DNA from: Thermoplasmata archaeon
GTDB taxonomy: Archaea > Thermoplasmatota > Thermoplasmata > Lutacidiplasmatales > UBA184
NCBI GenBank assembly: GCA_021821785.1
Contig: JAKACD010000005.1
Location: 484-64,483 of the forward strand
Direction: 5' to 3'
Length of the DNA: 64,000 bases
Positions 47,558-57,408 of this stretch are shown piece by piece. Positions within the stretch are counted from its first letter, which is position 1. Every line of letters begins with the position of its first letter. Both the position numbers and the translations under genes were made by a program. The notes below the pieces were generated by a model. It worked only from the letters and a program-made list of their open reading frames with translations, was not told where the DNA came from and did no database searches.

Positions 47558-48793
47558 ATGGCGGCGTCACCGGCCCTGGAGTCCTCCGCGTCCCTCGACT
47601 CGCCGCCTTCCCTCGAGCTGAGCGACTCGTTCGAGGAGTTCCGCCGCGCGGCCTCGATCGATGCGATCACCCGACTCGCCCGAGAGGTGCTGCTCGACCC
47701 GACGTATCCGACCGTCCGGGCCTGGACCCGCGCGGGGCGGGGCGCCGTGGGCTGCTTCCCGGTCTACACTCCGCAGGAGCTCATCCACTCGATGGGCCTG
47801 CTTCCCGTCTCGCTGCACGGCGGCGGCGAGAGCGTGGAGATCAGCCACGCCGACGCGCCGCTCGGCTCGTTCCTCTGCTCGATCAGCAAGTCGACGCTCG
47901 AGCTCGCCATGACGGGGCTCATGGCCCCGTTCCGGGCGTTCGTGTTCCCGTACATCTGCGACGTGAGCCGGAACCTCGAGGGGATCTTCTCCCGGGCGGT
48001 TCCGAACGCGACGACCCACATGCTCCACCTTCCCCAGAACTTCCAGTCGAAGGCCTCCGTGCCGTTCCTCGTCGCCGAGTACCGCCGCCTGATCGCGAAG
48101 CTCGAGAAGGCGGGCGGCGAGCCGTACCGGCCCGAGCGCCTCGTGGAGTCGATCGAGCTGTTCAACCGGCAGCGGGCCGAGATCGCCCAGCTCACCGCGA
48201 CCCAGCGCGCGGAGCCGGGGAAGCTCACGCTCACCGAGTCCTACCTTATCCGTCGGCTCGGCGGGCTCCTCCCCCGGGAGGTCCATCTCGAGCTGCTCGG
48301 GCGCGTCCGGAAGGAGCTCGGGGCGCGACCGAACCGGAGGAAGGACGCGATCCGGGTCCTGCTCGTCGGATCGTTCTGCGAGCAGCCGACCCTCGACCTC
48401 ATCGACCTCATCGAGCAGGTCGGCTGTTACGTGGTCGACGATGAGCTGCTCCAGCTCCACCGCTGGTACGACCGTGTCGAGCCCTCCGGCGATCCGCTCG
48501 AGAACCTCGCGGCGACCTACGTGAGGAGCCCCGTCGATATCGGGGTCCGGGCCGCGCCGACCACCAAGGCCGCGGCGATACGACAACGCGTGGATGCGGC
48601 CGATGCCCAGGGCGTGATCTTCCTCACGGCGAAGTTCTGCGAGCCGGCGCTCGAGGACGTGGTGCTGTACCGGAAGGCCCTCGACGAGCGGAAGATCCCG
48701 TACCTGCATCTCGAGTTCGAGGAGCGTTCGGCCGCGTACGAGCAGTCCCGCCTGCAGCTCGAGACGTTCGTCGAATCGATCCTGTTCGACTGA
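47558..48793 (+). CDS. bcrC: Class I benzoyl-CoA reductase subunit C
   Basis: GCFPVYTPQELIH, SFLCSISKSTLEL, FPYICDVSRNL, GSFCEQP, KFCEPAL, QLETFVESI. Confidence 0.85.
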   Translation: MAASPALESSASLDSPPSLELSDSFEEFRRAASIDAITRLAREVLLDPTYPTVRAWTRAGRGAVGCFPVYTPQELIHSMGLLPVSLHGGGESVEISHADAPLGSFLCSISKSTLELAMTGLMAPFRAFVFPYICDVSRNLEGIFSRAVPNATTHMLHLPQNFQSKASVPFLVAEYRRLIAKLEKAGGEPYRPERLVESIELFNRQRAEIAQLTATQRAEPGKLTLTESYLIRRLGGLLPREVHLELLGRVRKELGARPNRRKDAIRVLLVGSFCEQPTLDLIDLIEQVGCYVVDDELLQLHRWYDRVEPSGDPLENLAATYVRSPVDIGVRAAPTTKAAAIRQRVDAADAQGVIFLTAKFCEPALEDVVLYRKALDERKIPYLHLEFEERSAAYEQSRLQLETFVESILFD

Positions 48794-48807
48794 GGAGGTC
48801 GATCGAG

Positions 48808-49575
48808 GTGGCCCCGGGAACGGTGACCGTCGCGCGAGAGGGCCCGCGCGCGAGCGTGACGTGGGACCGGCCGCCCCTCAATGTCTTCGACATCCCCCTT
48901 CTCACGGAGCTCGCGGCGGCGCTCCGCAGCGAGCCGGTCCGCTCGGCGCACGTCGTGGTCGTCGGCGGGGCCCGCCATCGGTGGAGCGCGGGCTTCTCCG
49001 TCGAGGACCACATGGCCGACCGGGTCCATCCGATGTTCGCCGCGTTCCGCGATGTGCTGACCGCGTTCTCGGAGCTCCCGCCCCCCATCGTGGCCCGGGT
49101 CGAGGGTCCGTGCCTCGGAGGCGGGCTCGAGATGCTGCTCGCCTGCGACCTCGCGATCGCCGGGGCGTCCGCGACCTTCGGGCAGCCCGAGATCCGTCTC
49201 GGCGTCTTCCCTCCCTTCGCGGCCGCGGTGATGGAGTCGGCCGTGGGGCCCCAGCGGGCCGCGGAGCTCCTCCTCCTCGGGGAGACGCTGGGTGCGGAGC
49301 GGGCGGCGGCGATCGGGCTCGTCTCCCGGGTCGTGCCCGAGGAGGCGCTCGAGGCCGAGGTGGATCGGACCGCGACCCGCCTTTGCGGGCTCCGGCGCGA
49401 GGCGCTCGTTCTCCTCAAGAGCGCGATGCGACGGGAGGGTTCTTCCGTCGCGAGCCGTCTCGCCCGGGCCGAGAAGATCTACCTCGAGGAGCTGATGCGC
49501 CTACCGTCCGCCGAAGAGGGACTCCGGGCCTTTCTCGAGAAGCGCGAGCCGGTCTGGCCGGCCGGGGGACCGTGA
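48808..49575 (+). CDS. dch: Cyclohexa-1,5-diene-1-carbonyl-CoA hydratase
   Basis: RPPLNVFD, SAGFSVEDH, GPCLGGGLE, GQPEIRLGVFPP, EKIYLEELM...EGLRAFLEKR. Confidence 0.82.
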   Translation: MAPGTVTVAREGPRASVTWDRPPLNVFDIPLLTELAAALRSEPVRSAHVVVVGGARHRWSAGFSVEDHMADRVHPMFAAFRDVLTAFSELPPPIVARVEGPCLGGGLEMLLACDLAIAGASATFGQPEIRLGVFPPFAAAVMESAVGPQRAAELLLLGETLGAERAAAIGLVSRVVPEEALEAEVDRTATRLCGLRREALVLLKSAMRREGSSVASRLARAEKIYLEELMRLPSAEEGLRAFLEKREPVWPAGGP

Positions 49576-50606
49576 GCGCGACGATGCGGGCCGCGGTCCT
49601 TCCGGCGCTCGGCGAGAAGCTCCGTCTCGCGGAGATCCCGAAGCCGGAGCCTGGCCCGGGCGAGGCCCGCGTGGCCGTGATCGCCTGCGGGTTCTGTCAC
49701 ACCGACCTCCACTACCTCGACCATGGGGTCGCGACGGCCAAGGCCCCTCCTATCGTCCTGGGCCACGAGATCTCCGGACGGGTCGACGCCCTCGGTCCCG
49801 CGGCCGAGGGGGTCGCGATCGGGGACCGGGTCCTGGTCCCCGCAGTGCTTCCGTGCGGGTCCTGCGAGTACTGCCGGACCGGGCGCGAGAACATCTGCCC
49901 GAAGATGCGGATGGTCGGGAACCACATCGATGGCGGCTTCGCGGAGTTCGTCGTGGTGCCCGCGAAGGACCTCATTCGCCTCCCCTCGGAGATCGACCCG
50001 GTCACGGGCTGCGTCATCTCCGACGCGCTCACGACGCCGTACCACGCGGTGGTGAATCGAGCGCAGGTCCGCGCGGGCGAGCGGGTGGTGGTCGTGGGAT
50101 GCGGGGGGGTCGGGATCAACGCGGTCCAGTTCGCCCGGGTGGCGGGAGCGGAGGTCATCGCGGTCGACCTCAACGACCGCAAGCTCGAGGTGGCCCGCAC
50201 CCTCGGGGCCACGGAGACGGTCAACCCGACCCGCGTCGACGACGTCGGGAAGGCGGTCCGTAAGCTCTGGGTCGACGGGGCCGACGCGACGATCGAGGCG
50301 GTCGGCAGCCCCACGACGATCGCCACCGCCTTCTCGACCTTGCGCCGGGGGGGGCGTCTCTGCCTCCTCGGGTACAGCAGTGCGCCCGCGGTCCTGCCGG
50401 CCCCCCGCGTGATGTTCCTCGAGTACTCCGTCATCGGGTCGCTGGGCTGCCGCCCCGGCGACTATCCCCGGGTCGTCGAGCTCGTTCGGCAGGGTCGCGT
50501 CCGTCTCGACCCGGTCGTGACCGGGCGCGTTCCGCTCGAGGAGATCGAATCGGCGGCCGCCCTCCTTCGCAAGGGAGAGGGCTTCCGTACCGTAGTCCAA
50601 CCATAG
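49572..50606 (+). CDS. had: 6-hydroxycyclohex-1-ene-1-carbonyl-CoA dehydrogenase (Zn-dependent ADH family)
   Basis: CGFCHTDLHY, LGHEISG, VPAVLPCGSCEYC, GNHIDGGFA, DALTTPYHAV; operon context. Confidence 0.8.
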   Translation: MSATMRAAVLPALGEKLRLAEIPKPEPGPGEARVAVIACGFCHTDLHYLDHGVATAKAPPIVLGHEISGRVDALGPAAEGVAIGDRVLVPAVLPCGSCEYCRTGRENICPKMRMVGNHIDGGFAEFVVVPAKDLIRLPSEIDPVTGCVISDALTTPYHAVVNRAQVRAGERVVVVGCGGVGINAVQFARVAGAEVIAVDLNDRKLEVARTLGATETVNPTRVDDVGKAVRKLWVDGADATIEAVGSPTTIATAFSTLRRGGRLCLLGYSSAPAVLPAPRVMFLEYSVIGSLGCRPGDYPRVVELVRQGRVRLDPVVTGRVPLEEIESAAALLRKGEGFRTVVQP

Positions 50607-50676
50607 CGGGATCCCGACGCGGACCCGCTCCGGAGCGGAACCCGCGGGCGAGGCTCGAACGCTCGCCGAGGCCCCC

Positions 50677-51555
50677 TCACGGGGTCGCGGGGGTCGCTTC
50701 CAGGATCGATCGCGTGAGCGTCAGCACGGCCGACTCGACCTCGAGGGGGTAGTGCCAGCGGTTCGCCTTCGCCACCTCCTGGGCGAGGTCGGAGTAGAGC
50801 CGCCCCGTCTCGTCGAGCCCCCTCTGGAGGTCGTGAAGCTCGTACCGGCAGAAAGTGGAAGGGAACCGGGCGAGCGCGGGGGGTTCGGCCCACCGCTCGA
50901 GGAACCGACCCGCGTGCCAGGTGTCCACGTCCTCGCCCTTCTGCGCGGCGGCGTGCCAGCCGATCATCTCGACCAGGAGTCGCTTGAGATAGCCATCGAT
51001 GGCCTGCTTGGCCGTCCAGAGCTCGCCGCGCCGCAGCTTCTTCGCCGCCCACGGCACGTGATACCAGAAGTCGGCGACCGAGGCCTGGAACTTCGCTTCG
51101 CTCGGCCGGAGAAGGGGTGCGACCGCCACCGGCGGGACCGGATGGGGGTCGCCCGGGAACCGATGATCCTTGTCGACGAGGACCCGGTACCCCCGCCCGA
51201 GGACGGCGAGGCCCTCGGGGCTCTCCCCGATCTGCCGGGTCGCCTCCGCCGGAAAGACCGCGAAATCGACGTCCCGGCCCTCCGCGTAGAGGACCCGTCG
51301 CTCCCGGCCCCCCAGGACCGCGGTCGGCTCGACTATCGTGAGGACCACCGAACCGAACTGGCGGATCCAGTCGGTCGAGCCAATGAGCCGCTCGGGCGCG
51401 GTGTGAAAGATCACGATATCGAGGTCGGACCACTCGTCCGCGGGTACGACCGTGCGCGCCTGCGAGCCCACGATCAGGGCCGCCCGGACGGCGGGTTCTT
51501 CGGCGGCCCATGCCCGGAACCGCTCCACGAGCGGGCCGACCCAGGCCGGCGGCAT
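50677..51555 (-). CDS. Aminoglycoside 6-adenylyltransferase (AadK/ANT(6))-like nucleotidyltransferase
   Basis: VRAALIVGSQAR...DEWSDLDIV, YRVLVDKD, DFWY...AKKLRRGELW, DTWHAGRFLERW. Confidence 0.8.
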   Translation of the reverse strand: MPPAWVGPLVERFRAWAAEEPAVRAALIVGSQARTVVPADEWSDLDIVIFHTAPERLIGSTDWIRQFGSVVLTIVEPTAVLGGRERRVLYAEGRDVDFAVFPAEATRQIGESPEGLAVLGRGYRVLVDKDHRFPGDPHPVPPVAVAPLLRPSEAKFQASVADFWYHVPWAAKKLRRGELWTAKQAIDGYLKRLLVEMIGWHAAAQKGEDVDTWHAGRFLERWAEPPALARFPSTFCRYELHDLQRGLDETGRLYSDLAQEVAKANRWHYPLEVESAVLTLTRSILEATPATP

Positions 51556-51706
51556 CGCCCGCGGAACCTGGGCGCAGATATACGCAGCACCCTTCCGCGG
51601 CCGGATTCGCCCCCCGGCACGACGTCGTCCGGCCTCCGAGAAGCGGGAGCGCGGCGTCCCGGGGGCGGTCGAGGCTATCTAATCCGTCCCGCCTACGCGG
51701 GGGATC

Positions 51707-52186
51707 ATGATCCGACTCGTTCCGATGGACGAGAACGATTTCGCCCGCTATCTGGCCCGCGCGATACCTCGCCGGGCCGAACGATACGTTGCCCGGGGGG
51801 TCTGGAAGGAGGAGCGCGCCCTGGAGACGAGCCGTCAGCTCTACGCCCAACTCCTCCCCCAGGGCGCCTCGACCCCGCACCAGCACTTCGTGCGGATCGT
51901 GGAAAGCGCTACCGAGACGAGCGTGGGCGAGGCCTGGTACCACACCGAGGAGGTGGGCGGGGTGGTCCAGTTTTGGATCGAATGGATCACCATCGAGCCC
52001 GAGCATCGTCGGAAAGGGTACGCCTCGGCCGCCCTAGATCTCCTCGAACAGGAAGCGCGGCGGCTCGGCGCCACGCGGACCGGGCTCGACGTCTGGTCCG
52101 ACAACCCCGGGGCGTTCGAGCTCTATCGAAAGCAGGGCTACCGGACGATCCGCCAGAGCCTGGTCAAGCCGCTCGACGACAAGTGA
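51707..52186 (+). CDS. GNAT acetyltransferase
   Basis: IEPEHRRKGYA, LDVWSDNPGAFELYRKQGY. Confidence 0.88.
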   Translation: MIRLVPMDENDFARYLARAIPRRAERYVARGVWKEERALETSRQLYAQLLPQGASTPHQHFVRIVESATETSVGEAWYHTEEVGGVVQFWIEWITIEPEHRRKGYASAALDLLEQEARRLGATRTGLDVWSDNPGAFELYRKQGYRTIRQSLVKPLDDK

Positions 52187-52198
52187 GAGCCGCTTCGC

Positions 52199-52630
52199 CT
52201 ACGCTTCCGAGAGGCACTTGTAGAGGTGGCCGGCGACCCCCCAGCTCTTCCCCATCGCCCGCCCCTCCAGCTCGGCGAGGAGGTAGGTCTCCGTCCACGG
52301 GCGGAGCCGCGCGTGGGCCGACCAGAGCGTGATCCCGCACGTGACGATCCGGCGAGCCGGGTGGGCGCTCGGGTCCTTGATCGAGATCCCGTCCATCGTG
52401 AAGAACATCTTCTCGCCCTCGTGGGTGGTGAGGATCCCGCGCAAGGTCGGAGTGAACCCTCCGTCCGGCCGCTGGCGGGCCAGGTTCGTGGCGTGCACGG
52501 TACCGCGGAGGCCATCGGCCTCCAAGTTCCCTGTCAACAGGCCGTACACTTGTCCCCCCTCGGCGTAGGGGAACTCCTCGTCGACCTCGGTATAGGTCAG
52601 TTCCAGGCGTCCCGTCTTCTCGAGCTTCAT
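52199..52630 (-). CDS. Hypothetical beta-barrel protein (DUF3237-like)
   Basis: GNLEADGLRG...N.ARQRPDG.FTPTLRG.LTTHEG pattern. Confidence 0.55.
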   Translation of the reverse strand: MKLEKTGRLELTYTEVDEEFPYAEGGQVYGLLTGNLEADGLRGTVHATNLARQRPDGGFTPTLRGILTTHEGEKMFFTMDGISIKDPSAHPARRIVTCGITLWSAHARLRPWTETYLLAELEGRAMGKSWGVAGHLYKCLSEA

Positions 52631-52800
52631 GGCGACCCGCTTCGGCGCCAGGCGAAGCCGGGTTGTCAACCCATCGGTCGGCGCGGATTTCTGCCCTCTC
52701 GACGGGCATGCTTCTGCTGAGACCCCGCTCCATCGGGAGCCGCGGGCCTCGGTCCCTCGACCGAACTGTTTAAATGGCTCATCCAGCGCTGATTACGGCA

Positions 52801-53709
52801 ATGTCCGCTACGCCGACTCCGGCTCCGAGTGCGTCCGCGAATCCCCCCCCGCCGGCCCAGGTAGGGTCGCTTCCCCCTCTTCGCCGGCCGAACCGGAAGC
52901 CGATCTACATCGGGATCGCGGTGGCCGTCGTGGTGATCCTGCTCCTGTTGGTGTTCGTGCTCCCGGGCAACGGTGGCTCGGGAGGGAGCGCGGGGGCCAT
53001 ACCGTACTCCAAAGCGGCGCCCGCCGCGGCGAACGCGATCTCGAACTATCAGGGTACGAGCTGGGCCCTCTTCGTCGCGGTCGGTCTCACCAGTCCCACC
53101 GCCGTTTCTGTCCCGTTGAACACCTCCACCACGAGCAGCTCCAACTGCACGGTGACCCCGGCTCCTGGGGTATCGGGGAATCTTTCGTTCTCGGCCTATA
53201 CGGGGAACCAGAGCGCGGGCGTCGCCTCGCTGTGGGAGTTCCTGTTCCGCGACGCCGGGGGAGCGATCGCGATCGTGACCGTGACGAACGGGGCGTCGAC
53301 CGTCTTCGGCACACTCACGGGTTCCTGCGCGGCGTTCTTCGGCCTCCTCCAGCCCGTCCCGGCCAACGTCATCGACAGCACTCAGGCGGCGGCCGCGGTA
53401 GAGCCCGATGCCGCGAGCTTCCTCGCCCAGCATCCGAACGCCTCGTCCGGGTTTGGTCTCATCGGGGGCATCTCGTTCCTCGGCAAAACGATCGGGGCGG
53501 AATGGACCGTGGCCTACTCGACCTGCCCGGTGGCCGTAGCCAATTCCACGGCGACCGGCGCGGAGTTCAATGCCACTGTCAACGCCACCACCGGTCAGGT
53601 GATCTACTCGCAGAACCAGACCTCCGTGACCTGCGGATCGAGCGGGACCCTGATCCTGGCCCACGCCGCCGGACCGGCCCGGCTCAACCTGCTGCTCGCA
53701 CGACCGTAG
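52801..53709 (+). CDS. Membrane-anchored extracellular Ser/Thr-rich protein
   Basis: Pro-rich N-terminus, one TM, two internal repeats with W.F/W.V.Y and VNATTGQVI (PepSY-like). Confidence 0.7.
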   Translation: MSATPTPAPSASANPPPPAQVGSLPPLRRPNRKPIYIGIAVAVVVILLLLVFVLPGNGGSGGSAGAIPYSKAAPAAANAISNYQGTSWALFVAVGLTSPTAVSVPLNTSTTSSSNCTVTPAPGVSGNLSFSAYTGNQSAGVASLWEFLFRDAGGAIAIVTVTNGASTVFGTLTGSCAAFFGLLQPVPANVIDSTQAAAAVEPDAASFLAQHPNASSGFGLIGGISFLGKTIGAEWTVAYSTCPVAVANSTATGAEFNATVNATTGQVIYSQNQTSVTCGSSGTLILAHAAGPARLNLLLARP

Positions 53710-53788
53710 CCCGCTTCGGCAGGCCGTTCGGCCGCTTCGGCGCGAAGCGGCCGACGACCATTTTGACCTCGGGGGTTATCCCGGGGTC

Positions 53789-54178
53789 ATGAGCGAGGTC
53801 ATTGCAGGTCTCCACTCCGTGACCCTCCACATCCGGGACGTCACGGCCGCGAGCTCGTTCTACCGAGAGGTACTCGGGCTCCGGGAGCTCCTCGTCGACT
53901 CGCGGCAAGGTCGCGCCGTCTACGCGATCCCCGGTACTTCCACGCTCCTCACTATGCACGTTCAGCGGCCGGGCGAAGGCGGGCGGGAGCCCGGTACGGT
54001 CTCGGGGCTCGTGTTCCATCACCCGGACCCGGCGGCCGCCTGCGCCGAGATCCGGCGGCGGGGAGGAACGATCACGATGGAGCCGGTCGAGTTCGAGACG
54101 TCGATCGGTAAGTTCGTCCGGGCCGTCATCGCCGACCCGGACGGGAACGAGTTCATCATCTCGAACCGCACCGATTGA
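53789..54178 (+). CDS. VOC family protein
   Basis: LHSVTLHIRD...FYREVLGL, ADPDGNEF. Confidence 0.85.
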   Translation: MSEVIAGLHSVTLHIRDVTAASSFYREVLGLRELLVDSRQGRAVYAIPGTSTLLTMHVQRPGEGGREPGTVSGLVFHHPDPAAACAEIRRRGGTITMEPVEFETSIGKFVRAVIADPDGNEFIISNRTD

Positions 54179-54197
54179 TGGGCGGACGGGCGCGCGA

Positions 54198-54428
54198 CTA
54201 CGATCGGCGCAGGGACCGTCTTCGTCGGTGGAGGCCCACGATCAGCAGGGTGACGCCGGCGACCCCGAAGCCCGTCTCCTCCGCGAGGCCGAGCACCAAG
54301 AGGCTGGACCAGGAACCGAAGAGGACGGCGAACAGAATCCCCGCGAGGAGGCAGGCCGCCCCGACGGTGATGTACAGCTCCCACGGGGCCGTGGGCCGGC
54401 GGCCGCCGAGAAGCCCGTACCGTATCAT
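54198..54428 (-). CDS. Small 2-TM membrane protein
   Basis: 76-aa ORF with two hydrophobic helices and a basic tail. Confidence 0.5.
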   Translation of the reverse strand: MIRYGLLGGRRPTAPWELYITVGAACLLAGILFAVLFGSWSSLLVLGLAEETGFGVAGVTLLIVGLHRRRRSLRRS

Positions 54429-54520
54429 CCGACCCTAGAAGGGGCCCTCTCCGTAATCAAGGATGCCGCGGCCACGGGCCGGGCCTTCGAGGAGAGGGAG
54501 TGACCGCGGGCCCCCGCCGC

Positions 54521-55348
54521 TCAGCGGGCCGGAGGGGTCGGCGGAGGAGCCTGGATCGGCAGGGGATTCCCGCAGGTATCGCAGAAGCGGGCCCCAAACC
54601 GATTGGGGACCCCGCAGCTCGGACACGCGCGTCCGAGCGGCTGGGACCGGAGCAGGAGGAGGGTGGTCCCGAGGGTGGCCACCGCACCGAGATCGAGGAA
54701 CCAGCCGATGTCCGGGTACCAGCTCAGGTTCGTCTGGACGCACGTGCCCTGCTGGCAGCCGACCCCACTCGCGTAGCCGAAGAAACTGTTGCACGGGGTC
54801 GACGAGGCGTTGTAGCCCGTGCACTGTCCGAGATCGTTGAGCGCCGGGCCCTGGAGGACCGGCAACGATACCGCTCCCGCGGCCGCGACCGCGAGCGCGA
54901 GGATCACGAGTAGAACGAACGCCCGCTGGCTTCGACGCGCCCGCATCCTTCCCCCGAAACCCGAGAGGAACACCGCGATACCGGTGACCGAGAGGACGGC
55001 GAGCGCGACCGTGGCACCGAGCAGCCAGAGGTAGAGCTCCGACAGCACCTCCGAGCCGCTGCCGGTCGAGTACGGGTACCCGACGTTGCCGCAAGCCGTG
55101 AAATGGCCCGTGTAGTAGGTGATGCAGGAGGAGGTGTACCCGGCCGGTCCCGGAGTGAAGTACACGACGTAGGTGGTGCTGATGTTCGGTTGCGAGATCG
55201 TTCCGCCCTGCGCGTACCACGGGGTGACGGCCGAGAACGCCGCGAGGACCGCCGCGGCCACCACCAGACCGAGGATGGCGTAGAGCCGCCGGGGGACCGG
55301 CGCCGCCCCCTCCTCCTTGGCGATCTCGATGTACGCCTTGTACGACAT
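54521..55348 (-). CDS. 4-TM membrane protein with Cys-rich loops and C-terminal zinc ribbon
   Basis: TPWY after TM1, WYPDIGW, CPSCG...FCDTCG. Confidence 0.75.
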   Translation of the reverse strand: MSYKAYIEIAKEEGAAPVPRRLYAILGLVVAAAVLAAFSAVTPWYAQGGTISQPNISTTYVVYFTPGPAGYTSSCITYYTGHFTACGNVGYPYSTGSGSEVLSELYLWLLGATVALAVLSVTGIAVFLSGFGGRMRARRSQRAFVLLVILALAVAAAGAVSLPVLQGPALNDLGQCTGYNASSTPCNSFFGYASGVGCQQGTCVQTNLSWYPDIGWFLDLGAVATLGTTLLLLRSQPLGRACPSCGVPNRFGARFCDTCGNPLPIQAPPPTPPAR

Positions 55349-55585
55349 GGGCCGGTCCGTAACAACTGCTCCTCGTCAGCGAATCGCGCCGCTTAAGCCC
55401 CTCGGCCGCGGACGCGGACCCCGCGGCGGGTCGTCGGTTCCGTGGGGAAGGGGTGGGTTCCCGTGGCCTCGCCTCGTTGCCAAGGCCGCTCAAGTGGCAA
55501 ACGTGGGGCCGCTTCCATCGCTATAGATAACAATGCTAAAAGTCTAGGCGGGTATTGGTGTACGTACCCAAGGCCCGAGCCGCTC

Positions 55586-56166
55586 ATGCGCGGCTACGCA
55601 CCTACTCCTGTCGTCGGCCTGGTCGTCGCCGGGGCGCTGCTCATCCTCCGTGAAGGGGCGTTCGAGGTCGCGGCATCCGATGCGGTAGTACAGGTCGGGC
55701 TACCCGTACCCGGCGCTTTCGCGGTGGTTCCCGCGCTGACGATCTTTCTCGGCATCGTATTGCTCTTCGCAGCGTGGAGCTACACGGCGGTGCCTTCGTG
55801 GGGGTGGGAGTGCTCTTCCTCATCCTCGGGGGCCTGAGCTTCCTTCTGGGGGGCGGCTTCCTCGTGGGCGGGGTTCTGATCCTCATCGGCGGTGGGCTGG
55901 CCTGCTTCGCCGAATCGGTCGACCCTTCTCTGGGAGTTCAGCTTCTTCGCGGTGATCTCGCTGGCCGTGGTCCTTCCGGGGGTCGCGAGGATGGGCCGGA
56001 CCTACGAGCTTTGGCTCACCGACCACCGCTCGGTACCCCGTGCGGTTCCCCGGGTCGGCGTGACGACTGCCTCGTCGCTCCCGAGCCCGGCGGCTCGGGA
56101 AACGCCCCTGGGGAGCGCGGCGCCCGCCCCCCCCATCGGCGAACGGCTTATCCCCGCGCTCGATAG
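55586..56166 (+). pseudogene. Frameshifted membrane protein (DUF6114-like)
   Basis: Hydrophobic coding signal switches frame near 55800 (G-run) and again near 55925; LSFLLGGGFLVGGVLILIGG motif; end approximate. Confidence 0.55.
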
Positions 56167-56192
56167 GAACCCGACCGAAGGGAGTCGTTGGG

Positions 56193-56708
56193 ATGGCCGA
56201 GGACGAGGCGGTTTCACCCGCGCTCCGAGCTTCCCGTTGGATCCCCCACGCGCCCGCTCGCGTATGGACCGCCTGCACCACGAAGCAAGCCCTCGAACTA
56301 TGGTGGAGTCCCGAGGACCTTCGGACCACCGTCCGCAAGCTCGAGGTCCGCCCGGGCGGCGGGGTCGACCTCCACGTTCGCTACGTTCCCGCCCTCCTCG
56401 GTCCGGCCAGCGCCGAGGCGTTCCAAGCGGCACGGATTCCGATCGCCTTTGACCTGCGGGGACGACTGTCCGAGGTCGAGGAGGAACGCCTCCTTACGTT
56501 CGACCTGGCGCTCGAGATCGGAAAGGGAGGCGCGAGCGTCGAGATGGTCACCACGCTTGAACTGATCCCCGAGAACTCCGGCACCCGGGTCAACCTGATC
56601 GGGCGAGGAGAGAAGACGCCGCATTGGGTCGCGCTCGGCCAGAAGAACCTCGAGGCCCAGCTGGAACGGCTGGCCCTGGCCGTCGAACTCTCCTCCTCGT
56701 CGCCGTAG
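56193..56708 (+). CDS. SRPBCC/AHSA1 domain protein
   Basis: APARVWTACT...LELWWSP, LEVRPGG, C-terminal helix LEAQLERL. Confidence 0.82.
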   Translation: MAEDEAVSPALRASRWIPHAPARVWTACTTKQALELWWSPEDLRTTVRKLEVRPGGGVDLHVRYVPALLGPASAEAFQAARIPIAFDLRGRLSEVEEERLLTFDLALEIGKGGASVEMVTTLELIPENSGTRVNLIGRGEKTPHWVALGQKNLEAQLERLALAVELSSSSP

Positions 56709-56847
56709 GTCCTCAGAGCCGCGACGGAATCCGCTCGCTCGTGTGGTCCGCCGGCCGTCCGATCTCCCCCCCTTCGGCGATCCTTCCTGTCGGGGCCTTC
56801 CTCGCCGGTCAGAAAACTCTTTGACGGAAGGGGGCCCTCACCCCCTC

Positions 56848-57153
56848 GTGGAAGGGTCGGTTCCTCCTCCGCAAGAGCCGCCGGTCTCGGTCGCGAGCGT
56901 CCACCTGGAACGGACGATCCGATTCACCGCGTATCTCCTCGGCGGCATCCTGGCCCTGAGCTCGGGGATCCTCAGCTTTGCGGCCGGCATGGGAGCAACG
57001 CTCAACTGCATCTTCCGAACGCCGGCCTGTCCGTCCGATGGGACCTACTTTGAGTATGACATCCTGCCGACCGCCCTGGCGGGGGCGACCCTCATCGTGG
57101 TCGCGGTCGTTCTGCTTCTCTTGGCGCGTCGGGCTCACCGGTCGCCGAACTAA
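56848..57153 (+). CDS. Small 2-TM membrane protein
   Basis: Two hydrophobic helices flanking a Cys-pair loop; start uncertain. Confidence 0.55.
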   Translation: MEGSVPPPQEPPVSVASVHLERTIRFTAYLLGGILALSSGILSFAAGMGATLNCIFRTPACPSDGTYFEYDILPTALAGATLIVVAVVLLLLARRAHRSPN

Positions 57154-57408
57154 CGCGGCCAGTGGATCCTGTCTCTAGGGGCCCCCCGCAAGCCGACTCG
57201 CCCTAGGGTTGCTTCTCTGGGCATCGGGCCGGCGGCGTCTTCCGCTCCGATGGCAGGCCGTTTCGCCCGCGTATCCTCGCCGCCGTGCCCCGTACGGATG
57301 GTTCCCACCGCGCCGCGCGGTTCGTTCGTTGCGGTCGAGACTCGGCAGCGGGCCTTCGCTCCTCGCTCGATAGAAACCCGGCCCAGCAATCGAGGTGCGG
57401 CGGATCCC

